Below, in pieces: positions 1 to 7,777 of a stretch of DNA of 12,928 nucleotides; the stretch's first letter is position 1; every line of letters begins with the position of its first letter. Origin of the DNA: Thainema sp. Its GTDB lineage: Bacteria > Cyanobacteriota > Cyanobacteriia > Phormidesmidales > Phormidesmidaceae. Below the pieces are notes generated by a model. It had not been told where the DNA came from. It ran no database searches and saw only the letters and a list, made by a program, of their open reading frames with translations. The stretch spans positions 1 to 12,928 of the forward strand of contig JBQLZK010000115.1 of NCBI GenBank assembly GCA_052168235.1, in the 5' to 3' direction. A program made the position numbers and the translations under genes.

Positions 1-262
1 CGGAGATTCGTAAAGCCATCTATACGACCAATGCGATTGAATCGATGAATATGACTCTTAGAAAGGTGATTAAAAACCACCGAGCTTTTCCAACCGATGA
101 ATCTGCCCTAAAAGTTATCTACTTGGCAATTCAAAATATTGCCAAAAAGTGGACAATGCCCATTCGCGACTGGAAACCCGCTCTCAACCGCTTCGCGATT
201 GAATTCAGCGATCGCTTTCCAACTTGAGTTTTTACCTTTGACACAATCTATTTGACATACCC
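1..262 (+). mobile_element. IS256-family insertion sequence, right end (partial)
   Basis: Transposase C-terminus ends at 227, followed by TTGACACAATCTATTTGACATACCC ending at 262. Its reverse complement GGGTATGTCAAATAGATTGTGTCAA resembles IS256-family terminal IRs. TPR-like coding sequence begins immediately at 263. Confidence 0.88.
3..227 (+). CDS. IS256 (Mutator-type) transposase, C-terminal fragment; 5' end outside the window
   Basis: Frame open from position 3: EIRKAIYTTNAIESMNMTLRKVIKNHRAFPTDESALKVIYLAIQNIAKKWTMPIRDWKPALNRFAIEF. The IYTTNxIESxN and FPxDESALK motifs are characteristic of IS256 transposases. Confidence 0.93.
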   Translation, partial: EIRKAIYTTNAIESMNMTLRKVIKNHRAFPTDESALKVIYLAIQNIAKKWTMPIRDWKPALNRFAIEFSDRFPT

Positions 263-3139
263 GTTAAGGGCGCGATCTCGATCATCTAGTCCTGCTGTTG
301 CTAGGGCTAATCCATTAATCGTTAAGCCTTTATGGCCTAGCGCACCAATCCGCTGCTGAATGTCGAGTGCTTGCTGAAATGCCTGCTCAGCAGCAGCATA
401 CTCACCCAGTTGTGCTTTGAGAAAACCGGCATTGCGTAGGCTATTCGATTCACCGACCGGATCACCAATGTCTTGCCAAATTGTTAACGCTTGAGCATAC
501 GAATCTAGCGCCTGCTGAGATTGATCTTGTTGACTGTAGATGTTGCCAATGGCATCTAAAGTGGATGCTTCTCGGCGCACGTTACCGATGCGCTGGGTGA
601 TTTCCAGAGCTTGCTGATTTAAGGCCAGAGCTCGCTCATACTGGCCCATCTGGCTGTAGGTCAAAGCTAACTGCTGCGAGGCATATGCTTGATCATCCAG
701 ATCTTCAATATCGATGGTGATGTCAAGTGCTTGCTGCTGTGCCTCAATCGCGGCTGCATAATGTCCTTGAGTCGATTGAATCCGACCGATTGAAACCAAT
801 ACAGTTGCCATTGCGGGTCGAGCACCAGTACTTTTATAGATATTCAGAGACTGTTGGGCATACTCCAGCGCTTGAGTATAATGGCCTTGATCTGCGTAAA
901 TCAAACTCAAATCAAATAGGATCTTAGCCTGATCTGGCTTATGCCCTAGCTGAGTACTAAGGTCGAGCGCCTGCTGGAAAACCTTCCTAGCTTCGTCATA
1001 TTCACCTTGAATGTAATAAGTCCGTCCAATATTGCCGAGCGAAGTAATTTCGTTTGGCCGCAATCCAGTGTCTTGATTGAACTTTAGAGCTGCATATTGG
1101 CTGTCTAATGCGCTTGAATAGTCACCTTGGGCAGATAAAATATTACCAATATTAGCCGTAAATGAAACGACATCGCTCCGATAATTATTAGCAATTGCAA
1201 TATCTAGCGCCTGATCGTAGTATTCGAGCGCCTTTGAATATTGACCTTGTTCATAGTAAATATGGCCGATTGAATTCAAAATTCCAGCTTCTCTAGAAGC
1301 ATCTTCAAGATTTGTACCATCAAGATAAGTTTTATCAATATGCAGAGATTCTTCGAACGACTTTACAGCTTCAGAATATCGACCTTGCTCTCTATAGCCT
1401 GTTGCAACACTACTCAAAACTAATGCCTCAACAGCCCACGTTGACTCCATGCATAGCTGCCTGTAAAACTCTAGCCTTTTAATATTTCTTCTGTTGTCTA
1501 ATCCTGACAGCCTTGATGTTGAATCTTCATCCTCATCTATGTATGTCAAATCATCCAAGCCACATATCTTTAGCAAAGTTTCAATATTATCTAGCGATTG
1601 TAACTGCATCCGCACACTGCTATTTATTTCCAACACCCTATCAAAAGCATCCGCAGAGCTGTCGATTTCTCCTTGAAATCCATATAAAGTACCTAAATTA
1701 TTCAATATAGTGATTTGCATCAGAATATTTTCTTGGTCTTCAGCTAGAGATAAAGCCTCCTCATATGTCGTAGTTGCTTCTAAATAGTCGCCGATATCTT
1801 GCTGGACAGAAGCAACAGCAGTTATAAATACAATTTCTGCTGCAGGATTATTTGTTTGACGAGCTAATTCAATTCCCTGTTGTGCAGTAGTAGTTGCTTC
1901 TTGATAATGATATAAATGATTGTATGCAACCCATAGGTTAGAAAGAACTGCAAACTCGGAAATTGGGTTGTCCATTTTTTGAGCAATTTCAAGATTTTTT
2001 TTGCTAATTTCAATCGCTAAATCATATTTATTTTGAGTAGTATATACGTTGGCAAGACCTGAATAAAGATTATAAAATGTTTGAATTGCTCTTTGTCTTA
2101 GTTCAGGATCATTAGACTCAAATTCTGCTAATTCAGGCGACTCGATAAATGACTGAACAACGTTGAGCTGCTCTTGAGCATACATAAGTCCCTGCTCATA
2201 TGACTCAATCGCCTGGTCATAACTTCCTTCCTCAAGATATTGCTTGCCAAGATCATCCAGTGAGTAAGCAAGATCTCCTAAGGCATTAAATTCTGAATTA
2301 CGGCTTGGGGCGAGCCGAGCATATTGTAATGATCTTTCCGCTGCAGCAATTGCATTAGCATATTGCCCGAGTTCTGTATAAGCATCATTAATCCAGCTAT
2401 AGGCAGTACTGATTCCTACTGGCGCATTTGCTCTTGCAGTCTCATTTGCAAATGAACCGCCAGCGTTGGTAAAGGGTATGGATGCCTCAAATGCATCTAT
2501 CGCTTGCTCTCTGGCCTCGATCTCTTGTTGAAACAAGCCTTCATTAGCTAATCTCAGGCCGCGATTTTGGTAGGCATTTCCTAAAATTCGATAACTTAGG
2601 CCAAGACTATTGTTTGCTCGGGCAATGTCTTCAGCAAAATCATCGCTGTTGCTATCTCTGCTATTTGCTGCAGATAATTCTTCTTCACCTAACTCAATAG
2701 CCAACTGCGCAGTTTCAATACTTCTTTGTTCCGGCAGTCTGGCTTCGTCATAGCGTTGTTCCGTAATCAAAGTTTTAGTCTGATCTTGGTAGATATTAGC
2801 CATTGCCCTGTAGCTAGTTAGTTCATAGTTAGTATTGCCTAACTCTTGGGCAAGAGATATGACACGCTGAAAATATTCGATCGCCTCAGTGTTTTGCTCG
2901 TTATCTCGATAAAATCTGGCAATATCAAACAGGGCTCCTAGCTCTGCATCGCGATCGCCGCTTTCTCGTGCTGCTGCCAGAGCTTGCTCAAGGTTTTCTA
3001 GCTCCGATGAATCCGTTTGTTGTGCGACCAGATGAGAATGAGCAACAGTTCCTTGAGCCAAAGTTGTTGCCGCTGATTCACAAACAATCAGAGAGCATAA
3101 GAGAGAAGACGCAACAAGAGACCAACGCATAATCATCAC
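248..3139 (-). pseudogene. Exported TPR-repeat protein (probable TPR-CHAT), 3'-truncated by IS256 insertion at 262/263
   Basis: N-terminal hydrophobic signal ending in ...LVAQ and a long run of TPR units (e.g. EAGILNSIGHIYYEQGQYSKALEYYDQALDI). The ORF ends mid-repeat: the last codons GYVK-stop (GGG TAT GTC AAA TAG) are read from the IS256 terminal IR. A missing CHAT domain is inferred from the usual architecture of these proteins. Confidence 0.82.
263..1290 (-). repeat. Intragenic array of 120-nt (40-aa) TPR units
   Basis: Equivalent motifs recur at 361, 481, 601, 721, 841, 961, 1081 and 1201, e.g. TGTCGAGTGCTTGCTG at 361 and TGTCAAGTGCTTGCTG at 721. Exact 120-nt register with diverged DNA. 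Confidence 0.8.
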
Positions 3140-3231
3140 TTCAGGGCTAATTTTGCTGTATATATGTCTGTGCTATCGAACTTATTCAGGCTTTAACGGC
3201 GAAAAACTATTTTGATCCGTCCAGGAAGAAA

Positions 3232-3412
3232 GGCAGGCAGGATGCTCACCCTACGACGGAATCCTCCGTAGGATAGCCGTCTCGGCTGTCCCAACCCATA
3301 CCAAACTACGGGCAGGCAAGATGCCTACCCTACGAATTTTCTCCCGTCGGATGACGAAGATGGTTGTCCCTTTACATCACTACAGAATTGACAGGCGAGA
3401 CGCCTATCCTAC
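3232..3412. repeat. Cluster of five GTAG-type REP-like palindromes in alternating orientation (REPIN/BIME-like)
   Basis: Read 5'->3' on their own strand: 3232-3254(-) GTAGGGTGAGCATCCTGCCTGCC; 3268-3291(+) GTAGGATAGCCGTCTCGGCTGTCC; 3310-3333(-) GTAGGGTAGGCATCTTGCCTGCCC; 3346-3369(+, degenerate) GTCGGATGACGAAGATGGTTGTCC; 3390-3412(-) GTAGGATAGGCGTCTCGCCTGTC. Each is a GTAG tetranucleotide followed by a short GC-rich stem. Confidence 0.85.
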
Positions 3413-4104
3413 GAGGACTCATCATCACCCATCTGTTTCGCACAAATCTCGGTAATCCACTCTTCCCGCAGCGTCATCAACTCCTCCGATGGTTCCTCCA
3501 CCGAAAACATCACCTGCACCGCATCTGTCCGCAAATCTTGCTCCAGAAAATAATCCACCTTGGCCAATGCCAATTGATCAACCGTAGCCCCCGTAGCCTC
3601 TAAGTCAGCCTCCAACGCTTCTAGTTCTGTTGCAATAACGTGCCGCTGCTCTTCATTCATCAGCGTAAACGGTAACGGTCGATCAAACGGATTAGGTGAC
3701 TGTTCTCGATAGAGCATGTACCAGGCATAGGATTCTCCCGGCTCCAGCGGTTGTGTCATCTGGATACCTCGAAATCCCAGTGCCTGATACTCTCCAGTTG
3801 CTCGCCACACTTCAGTTTCATCTGTTAAAGTCCGTATCCCAACCGCATGGGCTGTACTGCGCCAGAGCAACAGCGGCTGGTCGTGCCAAACCACTTCGTT
3901 CTTTCCCGGATTGAGAATGCACATCTCACCCGGTTTACCCGTTCCGGGATAGCCCCGCCGCCGATCTTCTGAACTCCACCAGTTCAGAACCTGCTGCCAT
4001 GCCTCAAACTGCGTAGACTGAGCCAGCGTTTGCGTCGGCACTCCAGGCCAACCCAGCACCGCTACCAGACTAACAGCACTCCATTGCCAAACCTTACTTT
4101 GCAT
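3409..4104 (-). CDS. Exported DUF928-like protein
   Basis: 231-aa ORF with signal peptide (WSAVSLVAVLGWPG...TLAQ) and motifs CILNP...VWHDQPLLLW, LEPGESYAW and YFLEQDLRTDA, resembling DUF928 proteins that accompany CHAT/CHASE2 genes in cyanobacteria. Start overlaps the upstream gene end by 11 nt. Confidence 0.7.
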   Translation of the reverse strand: MQSKVWQWSAVSLVAVLGWPGVPTQTLAQSTQFEAWQQVLNWWSSEDRRRGYPGTGKPGEMCILNPGKNEVVWHDQPLLLWRSTAHAVGIRTLTDETEVWRATGEYQALGFRGIQMTQPLEPGESYAWYMLYREQSPNPFDRPLPFTLMNEEQRHVIATELEALEADLEATGATVDQLALAKVDYFLEQDLRTDAVQVMFSVEEPSEELMTLREEWITEICAKQMGDDESS

Positions 4105-6523
4105 ATCGCTGCTCCGATACTGCTAACAACATGTATGACCAAACCATTACCGACGGCAACAGCCACGGCACTAACATAGCCGCCGCCCGATAAATCCACA
4201 GACTCAACAGTCCATAACCAGCTGTAGCTCCCACCAGCACTAACCAAAACCGCCCCGACTGCGATCGCAGATCCAGTACTGGCATCACCGTCACCACCAG
4301 CACCTTGCCCACCACTGCCGCCACTAGAACCATCCACAAATCGGGAATCGGCACCACAAAATGCTGCCTCAAAAAATGATGCGTCATATAGGCATGAGCC
4401 TCTCCCCCCGTTAAGCCACGATTGGGGTTCTCCGTTTGACTGCGCCAAAATGCGATCACAGGTGGCGTAGGAAAGTTATCCTCTGCCTTATCTGTTAATC
4501 CCGCATCGAAGTGACCCCCTGGAGCCACAATCACAATCATGTCCTGCAAATCGGTCAGATCGTATGCTTGCAACACCAACTGTGGGTCGTCGAGCAACTG
4601 CCATGCCGGAACAGATGCATAAACCTGATCGGGCGGCACCGAGAAATCCAGGAGCGGCTGCAACCAACGCTGCCAGAGACCATAGGAAAACTCAGTGATC
4701 GGGTGTAGCCAAGCCCGCTGACCAACCATCTGCTGGTAGGTTCCCGGCTTTAGCTGGTTCAACTGAGATCGCATCTGTGTCGATAAACGTTCTGTACTGC
4801 TCAACTCCGGATGTATCGATAATTCTGCCTGTTGCTGAACCTGCTGCGCCATCGCCAGGGAATAACTAAAGGGGCGCGGTCGATCAGTATCCTTTTGCAG
4901 CGGCAAGATATGCCACGCTGGCACCCAAATATCGCCGCTAATAACCCAATTTGAATCTGCGATCGCAGGATTGACCGTTACCCATTCCCCGCCGTGATTG
5001 CGAAAGCTGGAAAACACAAACCAGGTATTCTGTTTCTCAATTGCAGAGGTTACAGCCGCTCGCAGTTCTGGATCATAGGACTGTTGCAGCGGTAGCAGAT
5101 AGTCAATCCCGACCACCTGAGCATTCAAGTCTGTCAGTTGATTAACGATATCGGCCAGATAATCCCGTCGAATATAGTCGGCATCCTCCGTTGCAAAGCC
5201 TGCTCGCTGCCGAGACTCGTCATCAATCTGCACCAGCAGCGTCGGTGGAGGATCTACGGCTTCCGACGCTCCGGTTGCTTGCCGAAAAACAGCTTGCGCC
5301 CAAACCCGCTGTTCCATCAGCCGATCTTGAACAACCGGTAACAAACTCAAAATGGCTAGAGCGGAAAGTGCGATCGCTTCTCGTTTCGTCGGTCGCAACT
5401 GCTTCAGCCATGTCTTCCAGCCCGTTGGCTGTAATTGAAACAACTCTGCATCGGGATGCCGAAAAAACGACGGTACCAAATGGGCAGATGGATAGGTCAA
5501 ATGCGTCTCCAGCTTGAGATGCTGGCACGCCTTCAGCAGCGCATCATGTACGTCTAGATAGTTGGCCAAACCGTCCAGAAACTGCACCAAAAATGTCTGC
5601 GCCACCTGGTTATGAATCTTCTCCCGCATAATTGCGACCTGACTCAGTCCCGATTCCACCAGCGTCTCAGCAATATCGAGTCCAGCACAGGAGTTGAATA
5701 GCGCAAACTGCAAGCCATTACGCTTGGCTATGTCTAAGTCCCGGACAATCTCGCTGATTGAAATCGATACGCGCGGTGCAACTAGCACTTCACCACCCAC
5801 GACTTTAGCCTCATCACTATGGCCTGAGAAGAACAGGATGTCCCAGCCTCGTGAGTCAACTAATGCATCACGGATCTGATCTCGTACCTGCAGCGGATCT
5901 TGCCCCTGCCGCCAGCCTTCAACCTGAACGTAGCCTAAGCCCTTAAATGCCTGCTGAATTGCCTCTACGTCTGACTTGATCTCGATACCGCTATCGTCTC
6001 CCATAATCACCAAAATCCGCAGATGTCCCGAACGCGGTGCTTGCCGATGCGTTATTTCTGCTCGGATATTGGCGGGTGAACGAGCAATTCGTAGCGGCTG
6101 CACCTTGCCAATTTCCCAGGTCTCCCAGGGTAAGCGGGCGATGTCAATCGGTTCGCAGGTGAGGAAAAGTTCTGTGGTGTCCGTCTCTGACTGTGTAGAT
6201 TTGGGATGCGCGATCGCATCTCGGATTTCATGTAAATCACCACTGCGTAACCAGCGATGAAATTCCGATAGAAGCTTAGCTTCCGTTTGAGCGAGTTCGC
6301 TGTGCCAGTTGATTGGCAATGAAGCGACTGTGCCCGTTGCGCCCGGTCGTCCCCGCAGAGCATGTTTGTAAAAACTTAGATAAGCACGCTGCCAATCTGT
6401 GTAGGCACGAGCCAAAGATTCAGGATAGGGAACTTGAGCTGACAGTCGCTGTCGCTGTCCCCAGTTCAGCTCAAAGAGACAGGTTTGCTCAATTCTGCGT
6501 ACCGCAAGATGATAAGTCGGCAT
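4094..6523 (-). CDS. CHAT (caspase-like peptidase)-CHASE2 transmembrane protein
   Basis: N-half is CHAT-like: RLPWETW, LRILVIMGD, DILFFSGHS (His, ~5819-5821), FALFNSCAGL (Cys, ~5687-5689). Then a hydrophobic segment (AIALSALAILSLLPVV), CHASE2 motifs (LLVQIDDES, RDYLADIVNQL...AQVVGIDYLL, IVIV, GGEAHAY) and three C-terminal hydrophobic helices with no cytoplasmic output domain after them. Confidence 0.88.
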   Translation of the reverse strand: MPTYHLAVRRIEQTCLFELNWGQRQRLSAQVPYPESLARAYTDWQRAYLSFYKHALRGRPGATGTVASLPINWHSELAQTEAKLLSEFHRWLRSGDLHEIRDAIAHPKSTQSETDTTELFLTCEPIDIARLPWETWEIGKVQPLRIARSPANIRAEITHRQAPRSGHLRILVIMGDDSGIEIKSDVEAIQQAFKGLGYVQVEGWRQGQDPLQVRDQIRDALVDSRGWDILFFSGHSDEAKVVGGEVLVAPRVSISISEIVRDLDIAKRNGLQFALFNSCAGLDIAETLVESGLSQVAIMREKIHNQVAQTFLVQFLDGLANYLDVHDALLKACQHLKLETHLTYPSAHLVPSFFRHPDAELFQLQPTGWKTWLKQLRPTKREAIALSALAILSLLPVVQDRLMEQRVWAQAVFRQATGASEAVDPPPTLLVQIDDESRQRAGFATEDADYIRRDYLADIVNQLTDLNAQVVGIDYLLPLQQSYDPELRAAVTSAIEKQNTWFVFSSFRNHGGEWVTVNPAIADSNWVISGDIWVPAWHILPLQKDTDRPRPFSYSLAMAQQVQQQAELSIHPELSSTERLSTQMRSQLNQLKPGTYQQMVGQRAWLHPITEFSYGLWQRWLQPLLDFSVPPDQVYASVPAWQLLDDPQLVLQAYDLTDLQDMIVIVAPGGHFDAGLTDKAEDNFPTPPVIAFWRSQTENPNRGLTGGEAHAYMTHHFLRQHFVVPIPDLWMVLVAAVVGKVLVVTVMPVLDLRSQSGRFWLVLVGATAGYGLLSLWIYRAAAMLVPWLLPSVMVWSYMLLAVSEQRYAK

Positions 6524-6561
6524 GATCAGGAGGCTCTAAACATTGAACGATAATCAACTCT

Positions 6562-6623
6562 GTAGGATAGGCGTCTCGCCTGCCCGTTGAAGAATGAGAG
6601 ACAGCCAAGATGGCTTATTCTAC
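6562..6623. repeat. Inverted REP doublet (GTAG-type)
   Basis: 6562-6585(+) GTAGGATAGGCGTCTCGCCTGCCC, whose first 21 nt are identical to the 3390-3412 copy, and 6600-6623(-) GTAGAATAAGCCATCTTGGCTGTC, separated by 14 nt. Confidence 0.85.
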
Positions 6624-7777
6624 AAGTTATTCTCTGGCTGATACACAAACGCAGGCAGCGTCAGCTCTGGCCCATTGGGCAGCGAAATCGTAACTGCAAA
6701 GGCTTCATCCCACGTGCCAAATACCTGAGCATAGAGGTGCATGGAATCCGTGTGATGGTGCAAGACCGACTCACTCAGAACCGATGACGGATCGGCAACT
6801 TGCAGCCGCGTTCCAGGCGGTAAGGAATCACCCGGACGGGGGCCAAGCACCAGAAATAGCGACCACTCTGGCGGTTGATTCTCTTCGAAAATCGTCCAGG
6901 TCAAGGCATAGAGCTGTAGCGTCAAGCCGCCGAGCTGAATTTCAGTACTGGCTCCTCGGGCTCGGGGCGGCACACTAATGCCGACAGGGCTTAGCTCCTT
7001 AAGCACGGACTCGATAATCTCCGTCGGGCTCAGCAGCGCTGCATCCGAAGCCAGCGGCGGCAAGAGCGACCACTGCAGTGCGCTAGCCACCTCATCCAGT
7101 TCATTCTTGAACCAGTGGCTAACGTTCAACAATGAGCGAGAGACGGAGCGAACAAAATCCGCCGTTGCAATTGGCGCAACCTGAGGAGCTGACGCGCTAG
7201 CTAACGCATTCGGATCCAAGCAGCGTAAGTAAAGCAGCAACTGCTCAGGCGACTCCTGAAATGCCGATAACGGTAGCCATGAATCGTTAGTTTTGTCAGA
7301 TTGATGAGCGACGAGCTGGGCCAGTTTATCAGCTCTCAGCCCCGCTAAAATATTGACCTGAGCGACTTCTTCCTGCACTTCAGCTAGCACGTAGAGATGA
7401 GCTATATCAGCGGTCTCTAAGTCAGGCAGCTGCACTCGTTCTTCCGTTAAGCTTGTCATCGGCAGCACACAGAGACGGTAGTCGCTGATATTGCACTGAA
7501 CTCCATACTTTTCACTTAAGTGGCAGACAGTTTGCGAGAATTCAGCTTGCTGTAACCACTGCTGCACACCATATAGCACCAGCATATTGAGATACGTTGA
7601 CCACTGCTGCGCATCGGGACGATTGGCCGCCATCCGAGTAGCTTGAGTAATGTGGTCATCCGTCAGTGAAATGATGGTATCAGCCATCGGTTCAAAATTA
7701 GATGAATTCGTAATTGGACGTGTAGACATCATCGGTAACAACCTTCCTGGAGGTGAGTTAGAACGGTGGTGAGTCAA
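6620..7777 (-). CDS. DUF1822-family protein
   Basis: Motifs QQWSTYLNMLVLYGVQQWL, AHLYVLAEVQEE, LLNVSHWF and a C-terminal beta-rich part (LPPGTRLQVAD...LYAQVFGTWDEAFAVTISL) typical of cyanobacterial DUF1822 proteins. The start is uncertain: TTG at 7777 overlapping the upstream stop (TTGA), or ATG at 7732 preceded by AGGAAGG. Confidence 0.78.
   Translation of the reverse strand: MTHHRSNSPPGRLLPMMSTRPITNSSNFEPMADTIISLTDDHITQATRMAANRPDAQQWSTYLNMLVLYGVQQWLQQAEFSQTVCHLSEKYGVQCNISDYRLCVLPMTSLTEERVQLPDLETADIAHLYVLAEVQEEVAQVNILAGLRADKLAQLVAHQSDKTNDSWLPLSAFQESPEQLLLYLRCLDPNALASASAPQVAPIATADFVRSVSRSLLNVSHWFKNELDEVASALQWSLLPPLASDAALLSPTEIIESVLKELSPVGISVPPRARGASTEIQLGGLTLQLYALTWTIFEENQPPEWSLFLVLGPRPGDSLPPGTRLQVADPSSVLSESVLHHHTDSMHLYAQVFGTWDEAFAVTISLPNGPELTLPAFVYQPENNL

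Noticed and set aside
45..227. Stand-alone 60-aa protein
   Set aside because: The frame is open upstream to the window edge. It is the tail of an IS256 transposase.
263..1290. DGR-like template/variable repeat pair within the TPR repeats
   Set aside because: Repeat differences are not adenine-specific, identity is low and no reverse transcriptase is present. This is ordinary TPR periodicity.
3232..3412. Possible mini-CRISPR array, tempting given the CHAT/sigma analogy to type III systems
   Set aside because: Units alternate in orientation, differ in sequence and have 12-20-nt gaps, and no cas genes are present. The pattern fits REP doublets.
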